From the IMG/VR virus record IMGVR_UViG_2855933439_000001, positions 6,098 through 70,097 of that record: a DNA stretch of 64,000 bases; one strand, written 5' to 3'. Shown here piece after piece: positions 1-8,111 of this stretch. Numbering within the stretch: position 1 is the first letter of the stretch; each line of letters begins with the position of its first letter. Below the pieces are notes generated by a model. It saw only the letters and a program-made list of their open reading frames with translations, made no database searches and was not told the DNA's origin. This DNA is from a virus (taxonomy: Duplodnaviria > Caudoviricetes). The position numbers were made by a program, and so were the translations under genes.

Positions 1-1160
1 GATTTGTCGATCGTCATGTTGAGGCTCCCGTTTGCAATCAGAAGTGTGTTGATGGTTACCGGCCCACCCGCACTGGCCAGCCGCAGCCGGAGCAGTTCGT
101 GCCCGTTGTCGCCGAAGTCTAAGGTGGGTTGCGCCTCCAGCAACTCGACGCCAAGGACTGACTGAATCTTCTTTCTCTGCAGCTCGCTGACGGTTCTGGC
201 GATCTCATCCGTCAGGGTTTGGCGGAAAAGCCGGTCTCCCTCCGATCCGGACGCGTTTCGCCCGAGATGGTCGATCAAGGGCAATCGGACGGCCTCGACC
301 CGCTCACGCTCGAACCAATAGAGGATTGAAAGGCGAAGTTTCGGGACCTTGAGCGTGGCGAGCCCCAGGGCAAGGCCCTCGCGTGCGGCAGGCTCAACGT
401 CGTGCATGCCCTCTTCTAGGAGATCGGTGAACCTCACGGCCGAACCCTCTGTCTTGGCGATCAGGCGGTAGAGCCATCTCCTCACGTTCGCGGGGTGGCG
501 GATAAGGTCCGCCGGCGGGATGAGCAGCTTGCCGGGCGTGCCTTGGCTGTTCCGATGCAGCGCCCAGATGGAGTATTCGACGATCTCCTTGTCGTCGTGG
601 CTGACAAGGTTGCGGGCCAACTCCAGGTCCGAGAAGCGCCTGGAGACGGAATGCTGCGGCAGTCCGGCATAGCCGGTAAGCAGGCAGATCCATTTTTGCA
701 CCAGGACATCAGCCTCAAACGCTTTGAGGTCGATCATGGTGCGCCGTTCCAGATCCGGCCGCTCCTCGTAAAGGGTGGCTGAGAGCTCGAGCGCCGTGTT
801 GAAGAATGGTGTATTCTCTTCCTTCCGAAGTGCTTCGCGATCCTTCTGCGGGGCAAGGCGGAAGAATGCCGCCACGGCCCAGGAGAGATTCTCGGCGTCC
901 GTTTCGACCTTGATCGCCTCGCGCAGGGGCTCGAGAAGGGTGTTGGCGCGCAGGAGCGCGACGAGCTTATAGGCCCACCGCCTCACCTTCACGTCGGGGC
1001 TGGACAAGTGTTGCCCTCCCGCAACGACCAGCACCGACGGATCCCGGAAGTAGCGCTGGGCCTCATAGAACTCGCATGCCCTCTGGAGGCCGATCTTGAT
1101 CTGGCCGTACTCCCGGCTGCGCAGCAGGTGGGCGATGACGATAGCATCGCCCTCGCTCAC
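1..1160 (-). CDS. HEAT/ARM-repeat-like alpha-helical protein, 3' end outside the window
   Basis: I translated this frame by hand: 386 open codons from GTG 1160 to base 1 (absent from the ORF track because no stop is in the window). Repeated HEAT-like units: LSSPDVKVRRWAYKLVALL, LVSHDDKEIVEYSIWALHR, PANVRRWLYRLIAK, DVEPAAREGLALGLATL. Confidence 0.7.
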   Translation of the reverse strand, partial: MSEGDAIVIAHLLRSREYGQIKIGLQRACEFYEAQRYFRDPSVLVVAGGQHLSSPDVKVRRWAYKLVALLRANTLLEPLREAIKVETDAENLSWAVAAFFRLAPQKDREALRKEENTPFFNTALELSATLYEERPDLERRTMIDLKAFEADVLVQKWICLLTGYAGLPQHSVSRRFSDLELARNLVSHDDKEIVEYSIWALHRNSQGTPGKLLIPPADLIRHPANVRRWLYRLIAKTEGSAVRFTDLLEEGMHDVEPAAREGLALGLATLKVPKLRLSILYWFERERVEAVRLPLIDHLGRNASGSEGDRLFRQTLTDEIARTVSELQRKKIQSVLGVELLEAQPTLDFGDNGHELLRLRLASAGGPVTINTLLIANGSLNMTIDK

Positions 1161-1308
1161 GATCCCGCCGCGCTGGATCGCGGATGGCCGCCTCACGGAA
1201 TCCTCGCCGTGAACGGGCGGGGCCCGAGGCGCGGATCGGCGGCCCCGCGCGGCCGCAAGCCGCGGGGCGATGCAGGCCGGTCGCCCGGCGTCTGGAACCT
1301 GCCCCTCA

Positions 1309-1881
1309 TCAGACCTTCTGTGCCGGCGCGAGGTCAAGCAGTGCCGCGACCTTGCGGGCGACCACCGTCCTGTCCACCTCGCCGTCCACCTCGATCACCT
1401 TGACCCGCTCACCGAGTTGAGAAAGCAGCGGCAACTGGACGGAATCGTACTGCGATAGGCGCCGTGCCGGCATGGCCGGCCGGTCGTCGCTCCGGCCACG
1501 GGCTATCATCCGTTGCGCCGAGATCTGCGGCGAGCAGGTCAGGTGAAGGGCCACGACACGATTGCCGGCAGGCAGGGCCCGTACGAGCTCGTTGAAGGGG
1601 CCGAGGGCGCCGGGCTCTCGCGGATAACCGTCGACGACGACGGGCACGCTGCTCGACGGCAGCACCGTGTTGAGCCAGCGCCACAGGGCGGGCGACCGGA
1701 TGGTCCTGCCAGAGCGGATCGCGGCATCGATTGTGTCCAGGTCGAGCCCAATCCGGGCTGCGGCTACGGGATCCCTGAGAAGGCGGCCGAGGGCATAATG
1801 GCGGAACCCATACTCAGACGCGAGCCAATCCCCAACGGTCGTCTTTCCGACGCCGGGAGGCCCGAACAGTGTGATCAGCAC
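1309..1881 (-). CDS. Adenylate/NMP kinase family protein, short-lid type
   Basis: P-loop GPPGVGKTT, HYALGRLLR (cf. HISTGDLLR), VDGYPRE (cf. LDGFPR), RMIARGRSDD short lid. Confidence 0.85.
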   Translation of the reverse strand: MLITLFGPPGVGKTTVGDWLASEYGFRHYALGRLLRDPVAAARIGLDLDTIDAAIRSGRTIRSPALWRWLNTVLPSSSVPVVVDGYPREPGALGPFNELVRALPAGNRVVALHLTCSPQISAQRMIARGRSDDRPAMPARRLSQYDSVQLPLLSQLGERVKVIEVDGEVDRTVVARKVAALLDLAPAQKV

Positions 1882-2158
1882 AAGTAGTTACTCCGAGATC
1901 CACTATGCCATTCCAAGTGATAGACTAATGCAAATCAAGACACATTGTCACGCGAACCGGGCGGCTGGTAGGCAATGCTGAGCACGCCGCGATGTCACGA
2001 TAGTCTATTCGGGCGCAACGCTCAGGCTCAGCGGGCGCGTGCGCGGGGAAGCATGGCGGTGATCTGTCGATAGCGGGATCGGCTGTACCGGGTGGTGAGC
2101 GCGACGATGTAGGCCGTCAGAGTCGCCTCGGCAAGGCCTTACGCCCGTCTAGCTGAAT

Positions 2159-2186
2159 GTCCGTTCTCACTGTTTTGAGGGCGGAC
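2159..2186. repeat. Small imperfect hairpin GTCCGTTCTCA-N6-TGAGGGCGGAC
   Basis: Inverted repeat with two G-T pairs in the intergenic region downstream of int; could be a REP-like element or terminator. Confidence 0.3.
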
Positions 2187-2315
2187 GCTGCCAGACTGTT
2201 TTCGGCCAACGCCGGTCGTTCAATCCCCCCTGCATCAGATTGCCAGGAAGAACGCTATCGCTGGTCCCGCCTTAACTTAAATGCAGCCTAGAGCACGGGT
2301 GACCCTTCCGGCTTA

Positions 2316-3374
2316 TCAAGGCGAGCTGCCTTCAGTATTTTTGCTCGGCGTGGGTAGAACTGGTGCATTGCGAGCCAATCGGGCATTGTCGGCCGTTCGA
2401 GTGTAAGTCGCGCTTTCCCGACTCCCCGCCGCCCATCCAAATAAGGCGTTCAGCTGCGCCTCAGTCGCGCCGGCCTCAGCCGCGCGTCGCGCGCCGGCCT
2501 TGCGCAAGCCATGCGCCGCACCCGGCACGCCAGCTTCGCGACAGACCTTCTTGAACCAGGTGCCGAAGCTCTCCTTCGTGAACGGCGTGCCGCGCTCTGT
2601 CGCGATGAAGGCAAGATCGCCAGTCTTCGTCGCAGCAATCGAGGCCGCGAGCGGCGCCAGGATCGGCCGCGTCACTACCGCGCCGGTCTTCTCAGTCCTG
2701 AGCGTGAGCTCGCCACCGCGCACATGCTGGCGGCCGAGCCGCACCGCGTCGCCCCGGCGCAGGCCGGTGTAAAGTAGGAGATCGAAGGCGAGGCGCTGGC
2801 GCGTGCCGACTGGCCAGCGCGCCTCGAAGGCGGCGAGCTCCTCCTCCGTCCAGGCGTGAAACCCGGCGTCGTCGTTCTCACCGGAGAGCAATTTCACGCC
2901 CGTCGTCGGGTTGCTCGCGACGTACTCCCGGTCGACGGCCCACCCGAACAGGCCGCGCATCGCCTTCAGGAAGTTGTTCGCGGCGTGCGGCCGGTCGCGC
3001 CGCCGGTCGCGGCCGGCCAGGATCGTGCGCCGGTCGATGAGCTTCACGGGCTCCGCTCCTGCGGTTTCCTCCACCGCCCGGTAGACCGTGTGGCGCTGCT
3101 TGCGCGTCGCCGGGCTCAGGTCCGACCACTCCGCGCTCTCGATGTAGCGGGCGATCAGCCAGGACAGCGAGCCGGGGGAGGGGCCTGCGGCCCGTGCTAC
3201 CGGCGATCCTTCAACCGCCAAGCGGTAGTCTCGCCAGAACGCCTCGCTGCCGTAAGTCTCGCGCATCCGGATGCGCTTGCCCTGGCCCACGCGCACGTAC
3301 CAGACCAGCTGGCCGTGCCGTGTGCGCTCGCGGACGAGGTGCGGAGGCTTCGCGCGAGGCATGGCGTCGATCAT
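2316..3374 (-). CDS. int: Phage tyrosine integrase
   Basis: LYTGLRRGDA (Arg), HGLRK (HxxR), LFGW, TYTR (Tyr). Confidence 0.95.
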   Translation of the reverse strand: MIDAMPRAKPPHLVRERTRHGQLVWYVRVGQGKRIRMRETYGSEAFWRDYRLAVEGSPVARAAGPSPGSLSWLIARYIESAEWSDLSPATRKQRHTVYRAVEETAGAEPVKLIDRRTILAGRDRRRDRPHAANNFLKAMRGLFGWAVDREYVASNPTTGVKLLSGENDDAGFHAWTEEELAAFEARWPVGTRQRLAFDLLLYTGLRRGDAVRLGRQHVRGGELTLRTEKTGAVVTRPILAPLAASIAATKTGDLAFIATERGTPFTKESFGTWFKKVCREAGVPGAAHGLRKAGARRAAEAGATEAQLNALFGWAAGSRESATYTRTADNARLARNAPVLPTPSKNTEGSSP

Positions 3375-3574
3375 AGGACGATCCTGCGGGGCGCGTCATC
3401 GGGCGGGGCTGTGATGCCCTCGGCGTGGGCGGCGATGTCCGGACCGCCCACGGTCTCGACCGCTACCCCGTCAGATCGAACGATCACACGGACCACGGGC
3501 AGGCCGGCGTTACGCACCGCGCGTATCGCTCGGGCGATGTCGGCCTGTGTCACGGTGGTAGGGCGGCGCGGCAC
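3371..3574 (-). CDS. Excisionase-like small protein
   Basis: 67 aa, RRPTTVTQADIARAIRAV motif typical of alphaproteobacterial phage proteins just upstream of int; overlaps int start by 4 nt. Confidence 0.7.
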   Translation of the reverse strand: MPRRPTTVTQADIARAIRAVRNAGLPVVRVIVRSDGVAVETVGGPDIAAHAEGITAPPDDAPRRIVL

Positions 3575-3577
3575 GGC

Positions 3578-3931
3578 TCAGACCTGCCCTTTCGCTGCTT
3601 CGTGCAGCTCGGCCCGCGCGTCCTCTGCGATCTGGAACACAGTCATGGTCTCCGCGGAGGACTCGGCGATCGGCGCGAGGATGGTGCTGATCGCGTCGAG
3701 GGCGGTGAGGGCGCTCTCGGTCGCGGCGACGGCGGAGCGCGGCGCCTGCGCGTTGAGTCGGGCGATCAGAAGGGCTGCGACTGCGAGCACCTGGTGGTCG
3801 GGCCACGTGCCCTCAGTGTTGACGGTGAAGACCTCCATCCCATCGGCGTCGCGCACGACGCCGATCTCGTTGTGGGAATCGTTCAAGGCGAGGGGGAGGC
3901 GGATCTGGTGGGCGGCGAGGGCGTCAGCCAC
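3578..3931 (-). CDS. Hypothetical phage protein
   Basis: 117 aa ORF tightly packed in the leftward operon. Confidence 0.6.
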   Translation of the reverse strand: MADALAAHQIRLPLALNDSHNEIGVVRDADGMEVFTVNTEGTWPDHQVLAVAALLIARLNAQAPRSAVAATESALTALDAISTILAPIAESSAETMTVFQIAEDARAELHEAAKGQV

Positions 3932-3934
3932 GAC

Positions 3935-4141
3935 CTACAGCTCCTCGTCCGGCGTGAGGCAGTCGGGGGGAAGACCGGAGCAGCCGCAGGTCTTGGCGTG
4001 CAGGCAGGCCCCGTCATCGGCATGGAACCCCTCGTGATGGCCGCAAGGGCACAGCCTCGGACCTTTCGGGTAGCACCAGGACGGCACGTAGGGAGTGCCG
4101 TCGCCCGGGCCGGAATAGCTGTCGCTGACGGGGCCGGGCAT
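3935..4141 (-). CDS. Small Cys/His-rich putative zinc-binding protein (68 aa)
   Basis: ATG 4141; CPCGHHEGFH...C...CGC. This is the C-terminal part of track ORF 3935..4660. Confidence 0.55.
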   Translation of the reverse strand: MPGPVSDSYSGPGDGTPYVPSWCYPKGPRLCPCGHHEGFHADDGACLHAKTCGCSGLPPDCLTPDEEL

Positions 4142-4143
4142 GG

Positions 4144-4554
4144 TCAGGCGGCTTTCCGCGTCAGGCCGAGGCCGGTTTGCCTCGCGATCGCCGACCGGGC
4201 CGCCGAGTAGCTCGGCGCGGTCATCGGGTAGTCGGGCGGGAGGCCCCACTTGGCCCGGTAGGTCTCCGGGGTGAGCCCGAGACGCCCGAGGTGCCGCTTG
4301 AGCGACTTGTAGGGCTTGCCATCCTCGAGGCTGATGATGTGGTCGTCTGTCACCGTCTTGCGGATCGGGACGGGCGGGACCGGGTGCGCGGGCTCGGCGG
4401 GGCTGGCTGGCTCGGCGAGGCGGGTGATCGCCGCGTGCACGCCGGCGATGAGGTCGGGCAGGCCCGTGATCGGCAGGGCATTGTGGCTGACGTAGGCCGT
4501 GACGATCTCGGCCGCGCGCAGGACAGGGACGGGAAGGGAATCGGTCTGGGACAT
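4144..4554 (-). CDS. mucR: Ros/MucR-family regulator, zinc-ligand-deficient type
   Basis: ATG 4554; AEIVTAYVSHN, LPDLI, PIRKTVTDDHIISLEDGKPYKSLKRHL, YRAKWGLPPDYPMTAPSYS. Confidence 0.93.
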   Translation of the reverse strand: MSQTDSLPVPVLRAAEIVTAYVSHNALPITGLPDLIAGVHAAITRLAEPASPAEPAHPVPPVPIRKTVTDDHIISLEDGKPYKSLKRHLGRLGLTPETYRAKWGLPPDYPMTAPSYSAARSAIARQTGLGLTRKAA

Positions 4555-4586
4555 GGCAGCTTCCTTCTGGGCTGGGGGTGAAGGGG

Positions 4587-4886
4587 TCAGGCCGGATGGG
4601 CCGCATTCCGGCGGGCGCGCACGGCGCGGGCGTGTCGCACCAGGGCGAGGCCTTCGACACGGCCGGCCGGCAGCGTGATCGCGATCGGGCGGCCCGAGAG
4701 CTGCTCGCGGGCGGCGTCGCGGTAAGCCTCGATCTCGGCCTCGGAGAAGCCGGCCGCGGCGAGGTGGGCGAAGGTGCAGGCGCCGTCGCCGCTCTGGTGG
4801 TGCTGCATCACCGCGGCCATGCGGGTGATGCGGTCCTGACGGTCGGGGGCGGTCTTGGCGGCGAGCACTTTGGACGGGGCGGCCAT
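4587..4886 (-). CDS. Hypothetical phage protein (99 aa)
   Basis: ATG 4886, fills the gap between ssb and mucR. Confidence 0.55.
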   Translation of the reverse strand: MAAPSKVLAAKTAPDRQDRITRMAAVMQHHQSGDGACTFAHLAAAGFSEAEIEAYRDAAREQLSGRPIAITLPAGRVEGLALVRHARAVRARRNAAHPA

Positions 4887-4906
4887 GGGTGCGTGCGGGC
4901 TCCGGG

Positions 4907-5392
4907 CTAGAACGGGATGTCGTCGTCGAGGTCGGGACGGGCGGCCGGCGCCGGGCGCGCTGCGCCACTGCGTGCGTCGGCGTACGACGGCTCGCGTATG
5001 CGGGTTTGTCCGTAGTTGTCCGGATCGGGCGCGGCGCGTTCGGCCTTGTCGAGGAGTTTCAGGTCGCCGCCGAAGCGGGCGAGCACGACTTCGGTCGAGT
5101 AGCGGTCGACCCCGGCTTGGTTCTGCCACTTGCGGGTCTGCAGCTTGCCCTGGACGAAGACCTTGGAGCCCTTCTTCAGGTACTGCTCGGCCACCCGGCA
5201 CAGGGCCTCGTTGAAGATCACGACCGAGTGCCACTCGGTCTGCTCCTTGCGGTCGCCGGTCGCCTTATCCTTCCATGATTCAGACGTCGCGATGCGAAAG
5301 CTGACGACGGGATCACCGCCTTGCGTGCGCCGGGTCTCGGGGTCTTGCCCGAGATGGCCGATTAGCTGGACCTGGTTGAGGGACCCACTCAT
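4907..5392 (-). CDS. ssb: Single-stranded DNA-binding protein
   Basis: MSGSLNQVQLIGHLGQDPE, TEWHSVV, VFVQGKLQTRKW, C-terminal DDDIPF. The frame is also open upstream to GTG 5563. Confidence 0.95.
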   Translation of the reverse strand: MSGSLNQVQLIGHLGQDPETRRTQGGDPVVSFRIATSESWKDKATGDRKEQTEWHSVVIFNEALCRVAEQYLKKGSKVFVQGKLQTRKWQNQAGVDRYSTEVVLARFGGDLKLLDKAERAAPDPDNYGQTRIREPSYADARSGAARPAPAARPDLDDDIPF

Positions 5393-5559
5393 TGGGTTTC
5401 GATCTCCGGGGTATGCTGCCCGATCGGCAGCTGTGGCATCGGGGCTGCGGCGATCGGCCGGGAAGCCTGCGTCTGCTGCTCGGGTCAGCGCCTCACCGAG
5501 AGTGATCCAGGGGTCGTCCAGTCCGAAGGGCACAGCGGGCGGGAGTTCGTCGGCCACGC

Positions 5560-5868
5560 TCACGAGGCCAGCTCCAGGTTGCGGAACTGCAGGGTAGCGC
5601 GGGCGGTCTTGATCATGACCATGAGGTCGCGCCGCGCTTCGCAGGCCGGAAGCGCACTGGCCTCCTCCGAGGCGACGCGGAGCAGCTCGGCGGCGAGCAC
5701 CACGAGCCCGGCTGGGCCGCAGGCGACGTCGCCGATCCGGCAGCGGATCTCACCCGGCACTTGGCCGATCTCGACGTAGCCGACGATGAAGCCGGCCTCG
5801 GGCTTGGCGGCGAGCCAGTCGGCGAGGGCGTCGAGGACCTCGGCTTCCTCGTGGGGGCAGCGGAGCAT
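5560..5868 (-). CDS. Hypothetical phage protein
   Basis: 102 aa, tightly packed in the operon. Confidence 0.55.
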   Translation of the reverse strand: MLRCPHEEAEVLDALADWLAAKPEAGFIVGYVEIGQVPGEIRCRIGDVACGPAGLVVLAAELLRVASEEASALPACEARRDLMVMIKTARATLQFRNLELAS

Positions 5869-5884
5869 GGCAGGACCTCTAGGC

Positions 5885-6511
5885 TCAGGCGGCGCGCCCG
5901 GCCTGCAGCGCCGGCAGGTGGGTGGTGAAGAGCGCGTAGAGCTTGATCGCCACGTCGGCCGGGGCCATCGGCCGCCAGACCTTCGGGCCAGGCAGGACCC
6001 CGAGCGTGTCGATGAACCAGGGCCGGCGGTAAGCCTTGGGCATGGCGGCGAGGAAGTCGCGCCGCTCGGTGGCGAGCGCCCGCAGGTCGACCTGCATCAG
6101 GGCCTCGCACTGCTCGGGCGTTGGGAGCGGCAACCCGGCTGCCGAGTGGATCGCCGCATCGTGCCGGGCCTCGAAGACGAGGCACACCTCCATCATCTGC
6201 TCGGCGAGCACATCGCCGAACATCGCGGCCGCGATTTGGCTGAGGGCGGCCTTGGTGGGCGAGGGCAGCTCGCCGGTGCGGGTCTCGTGCGCGTCGTGGA
6301 GCAGCCACCACGGCCGCAGGGCCGAGGGACAGAGGTCGAGGCCGACGAGGAGGTGGAGGCCAACCGAGACCGGCGTGCGCGCGTGCCCGGCGTAGCGGTT
6401 GAGGTGAGCGAGGGCGTGCGCCAAGTCCTGGAAGTCGACCTGGTCGCGCGTGGGCGTCACGAGGTCGACCGGCAGGCCTGAGGCGGCGGGGAGCCAGGGC
6501 TGAGCGGTCAC
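5885..6511 (-). CDS. HD-domain phosphohydrolase (YfbR/YfdR-like 5'-deoxynucleotidase family)
   Basis: DLAHALAHLNRYAGH, SVGLH, LLHDAHE..GELPSPTK. Confidence 0.8.
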   Translation of the reverse strand: MTAQPWLPAASGLPVDLVTPTRDQVDFQDLAHALAHLNRYAGHARTPVSVGLHLLVGLDLCPSALRPWWLLHDAHETRTGELPSPTKAALSQIAAAMFGDVLAEQMMEVCLVFEARHDAAIHSAAGLPLPTPEQCEALMQVDLRALATERRDFLAAMPKAYRRPWFIDTLGVLPGPKVWRPMAPADVAIKLYALFTTHLPALQAGRAA

Positions 6512-6855
6512 GCGACCACCTCGCCCTCGAGCTTCAGGAGCGTGCGTGCCCAGCCCTTCACGGCGGCCCGGGCGAGGGGCGTGTCGATCAGATTCACCAA
6601 GTCGGCCGCCTCCGGGTCGACGAGGCGGTCTCGCTCGTGGGCACGGTTGAGCCGGCCGACGACCTCCATCAGGAGGCGAGCCGTGTCGCAGGGCTCGGGC
6701 ATCAGGCAGCCCCGGATCGACCAGGTGACCACCTCCCGGAGCCAGACCCTGACGTCGCCCCCGGGGATGCGGAAGCCGGCGAGGTGCTGATCGAGGCGCG
6801 CGAAGAGGGCGGCACGCTCGGCTGCGTCGGCAGCGAGGAAGGTCGGGGCGAGCAT
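6508..6855 (-). CDS. Hypothetical phage protein (115 aa)
   Basis: ATG 6855; stop overlaps the HD gene start. Confidence 0.55.
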   Translation of the reverse strand: MLAPTFLAADAAERAALFARLDQHLAGFRIPGGDVRVWLREVVTWSIRGCLMPEPCDTARLLMEVVGRLNRAHERDRLVDPEAADLVNLIDTPLARAAVKGWARTLLKLEGEVVA

Positions 6856-6907
6856 CGGAGGGCGGGCTCCAGGAGGAACGGAGAGAGGGCGGGACGGGAA
6901 GGGGGGT

Positions 6908-7300
6908 TCAGGGACGTTCAGAGCGGCCGGCCGGCTCGCCCGTGGCGCGCAGGACCATGCCGCCGGTGAGCGTGCGCTTGAGGCGGTCGGAGCGGCTGCC
7001 GGGCATCGGGCGGTGCGAGGTCTCGAAGCCGAAGGCCTTGCGCTTCTGACGCTTGGCGTCAGCGATCTTCGCGAGATCCCCCGCAGGACCGCGGGTCTTC
7101 GCATCGGCGCAGCGGCCGTGCACCATGGCACGGTTGGCCAAGGCGTTCGTGCCGCCGAGACCCAGCGCCCGCAGGTGCTCGTCGCGGGGACGGTCGCCGG
7201 GCCGGATCTCGCGCGTGCAGAGTGGGCAGACGTGATTCTGAGCTTCCAGGAGCGCGAGCTTCTGCGAGGGCCTGAGGGGCGAGCGCGGGGTGGTGCGCAT
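6908..7300 (-). CDS. HNH endonuclease-like protein
   Basis: CPLC...DEHLRALGLGGTNALANRAMVHGRCADAKT, followed by the basic tail common to phage HNH proteins. Confidence 0.8.
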   Translation of the reverse strand: MRTTPRSPLRPSQKLALLEAQNHVCPLCTREIRPGDRPRDEHLRALGLGGTNALANRAMVHGRCADAKTRGPAGDLAKIADAKRQKRKAFGFETSHRPMPGSRSDRLKRTLTGGMVLRATGEPAGRSERP

Positions 7301-7368
7301 CACAGGCCTCCCACGTGGCACAAAAGGAGTAGTCGACCTCGGCTACCTTTACGGCTAAGCTTCCTGTC

Positions 7369-7680
7369 ATGACTAGCCGAGCGACGCGCGCAGTCGAGCG
7401 CACTCTTGATCCGGGACCCGAGTTGGCTCTGGGCGAAGCGGCCTTCGTGCTGCTGTCCTGTGTGTACCGGGAGCTGGCCCTGACCTACGAGCAGGCGCAT
7501 CCCGGGGATTTCGTGCGCGTCAATGAAGGTTTGTCTCGGCGAGCGATCCGGACGATGATGGAACTTCGCCTGGAGTTGGCCGACAGTGTCGAGGTGGATA
7601 CTGCGTTTGGTGCGCTTGTGGCGAAACTGAGAGGCGCAATGCTGGCAGCAGAGGAGGCCGCGAGAGCGACCCGCGGATAG
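7369..7680 (+). CDS. Orphan helical protein, paralog A (antisense to early operon)
   Basis: 103 aa; aligns without gaps to 7720..8073. Confidence 0.7.
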   Translation: MTSRATRAVERTLDPGPELALGEAAFVLLSCVYRELALTYEQAHPGDFVRVNEGLSRRAIRTMMELRLELADSVEVDTAFGALVAKLRGAMLAAEEAARATRG

Positions 7681-7719
7681 CTGGGCACGCCCCGCGCCGC
7701 CGGCTCGTCCTGCTCTCAT

Positions 7720-8073
7720 GTGATGAGGGAGTCGATGGTGTTGCACACGGACGGGGTCGCCGACTCCCACCCTGCAGGCCGATGCGTGGATGCGGAGGCG
7801 CCGCGGGCAGTCACTCCGGACTCGGCCTTCCGGCTCCTGACGCTGGCCTACTATGACGTCGCGCTGGCGTACGACGCCGTGAAGCCGGGCGGCTTCAAGA
7901 ACGTCACGCACGCGGTGGCCACCAACCTCGTGGCCGAACTCACCAAGCTTCGGGAGGATCTGCCCTGTGACGACGAGGCAGAGCGAGCCTTTCGGGGGCT
8001 GGTGCTGAAACTGCGTGAGGCTGTCCTGAGCGTCGATCGCGCCGTGGCCATCGTGGGCGCCGGCCGCGCGTGA
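7720..8073 (+). CDS. Orphan helical protein, paralog B
   Basis: 117 aa; aligns without gaps to 7369..7680. Confidence 0.7.
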   Translation: MMRESMVLHTDGVADSHPAGRCVDAEAPRAVTPDSAFRLLTLAYYDVALAYDAVKPGGFKNVTHAVATNLVAELTKLREDLPCDDEAERAFRGLVLKLREAVLSVDRAVAIVGAGRA

Positions 8074-8111
8074 GGGATCGCCCCAGACAAGGGCCGAGCG
8101 CGGCTTCGTCA

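Noticed and set aside
5885-6511. 2-aminoadenine (Z-genome) pathway via a DatZ-like HD enzyme
   Set aside because: No purZ, mazZ or dedicated polymerase in the prophage.
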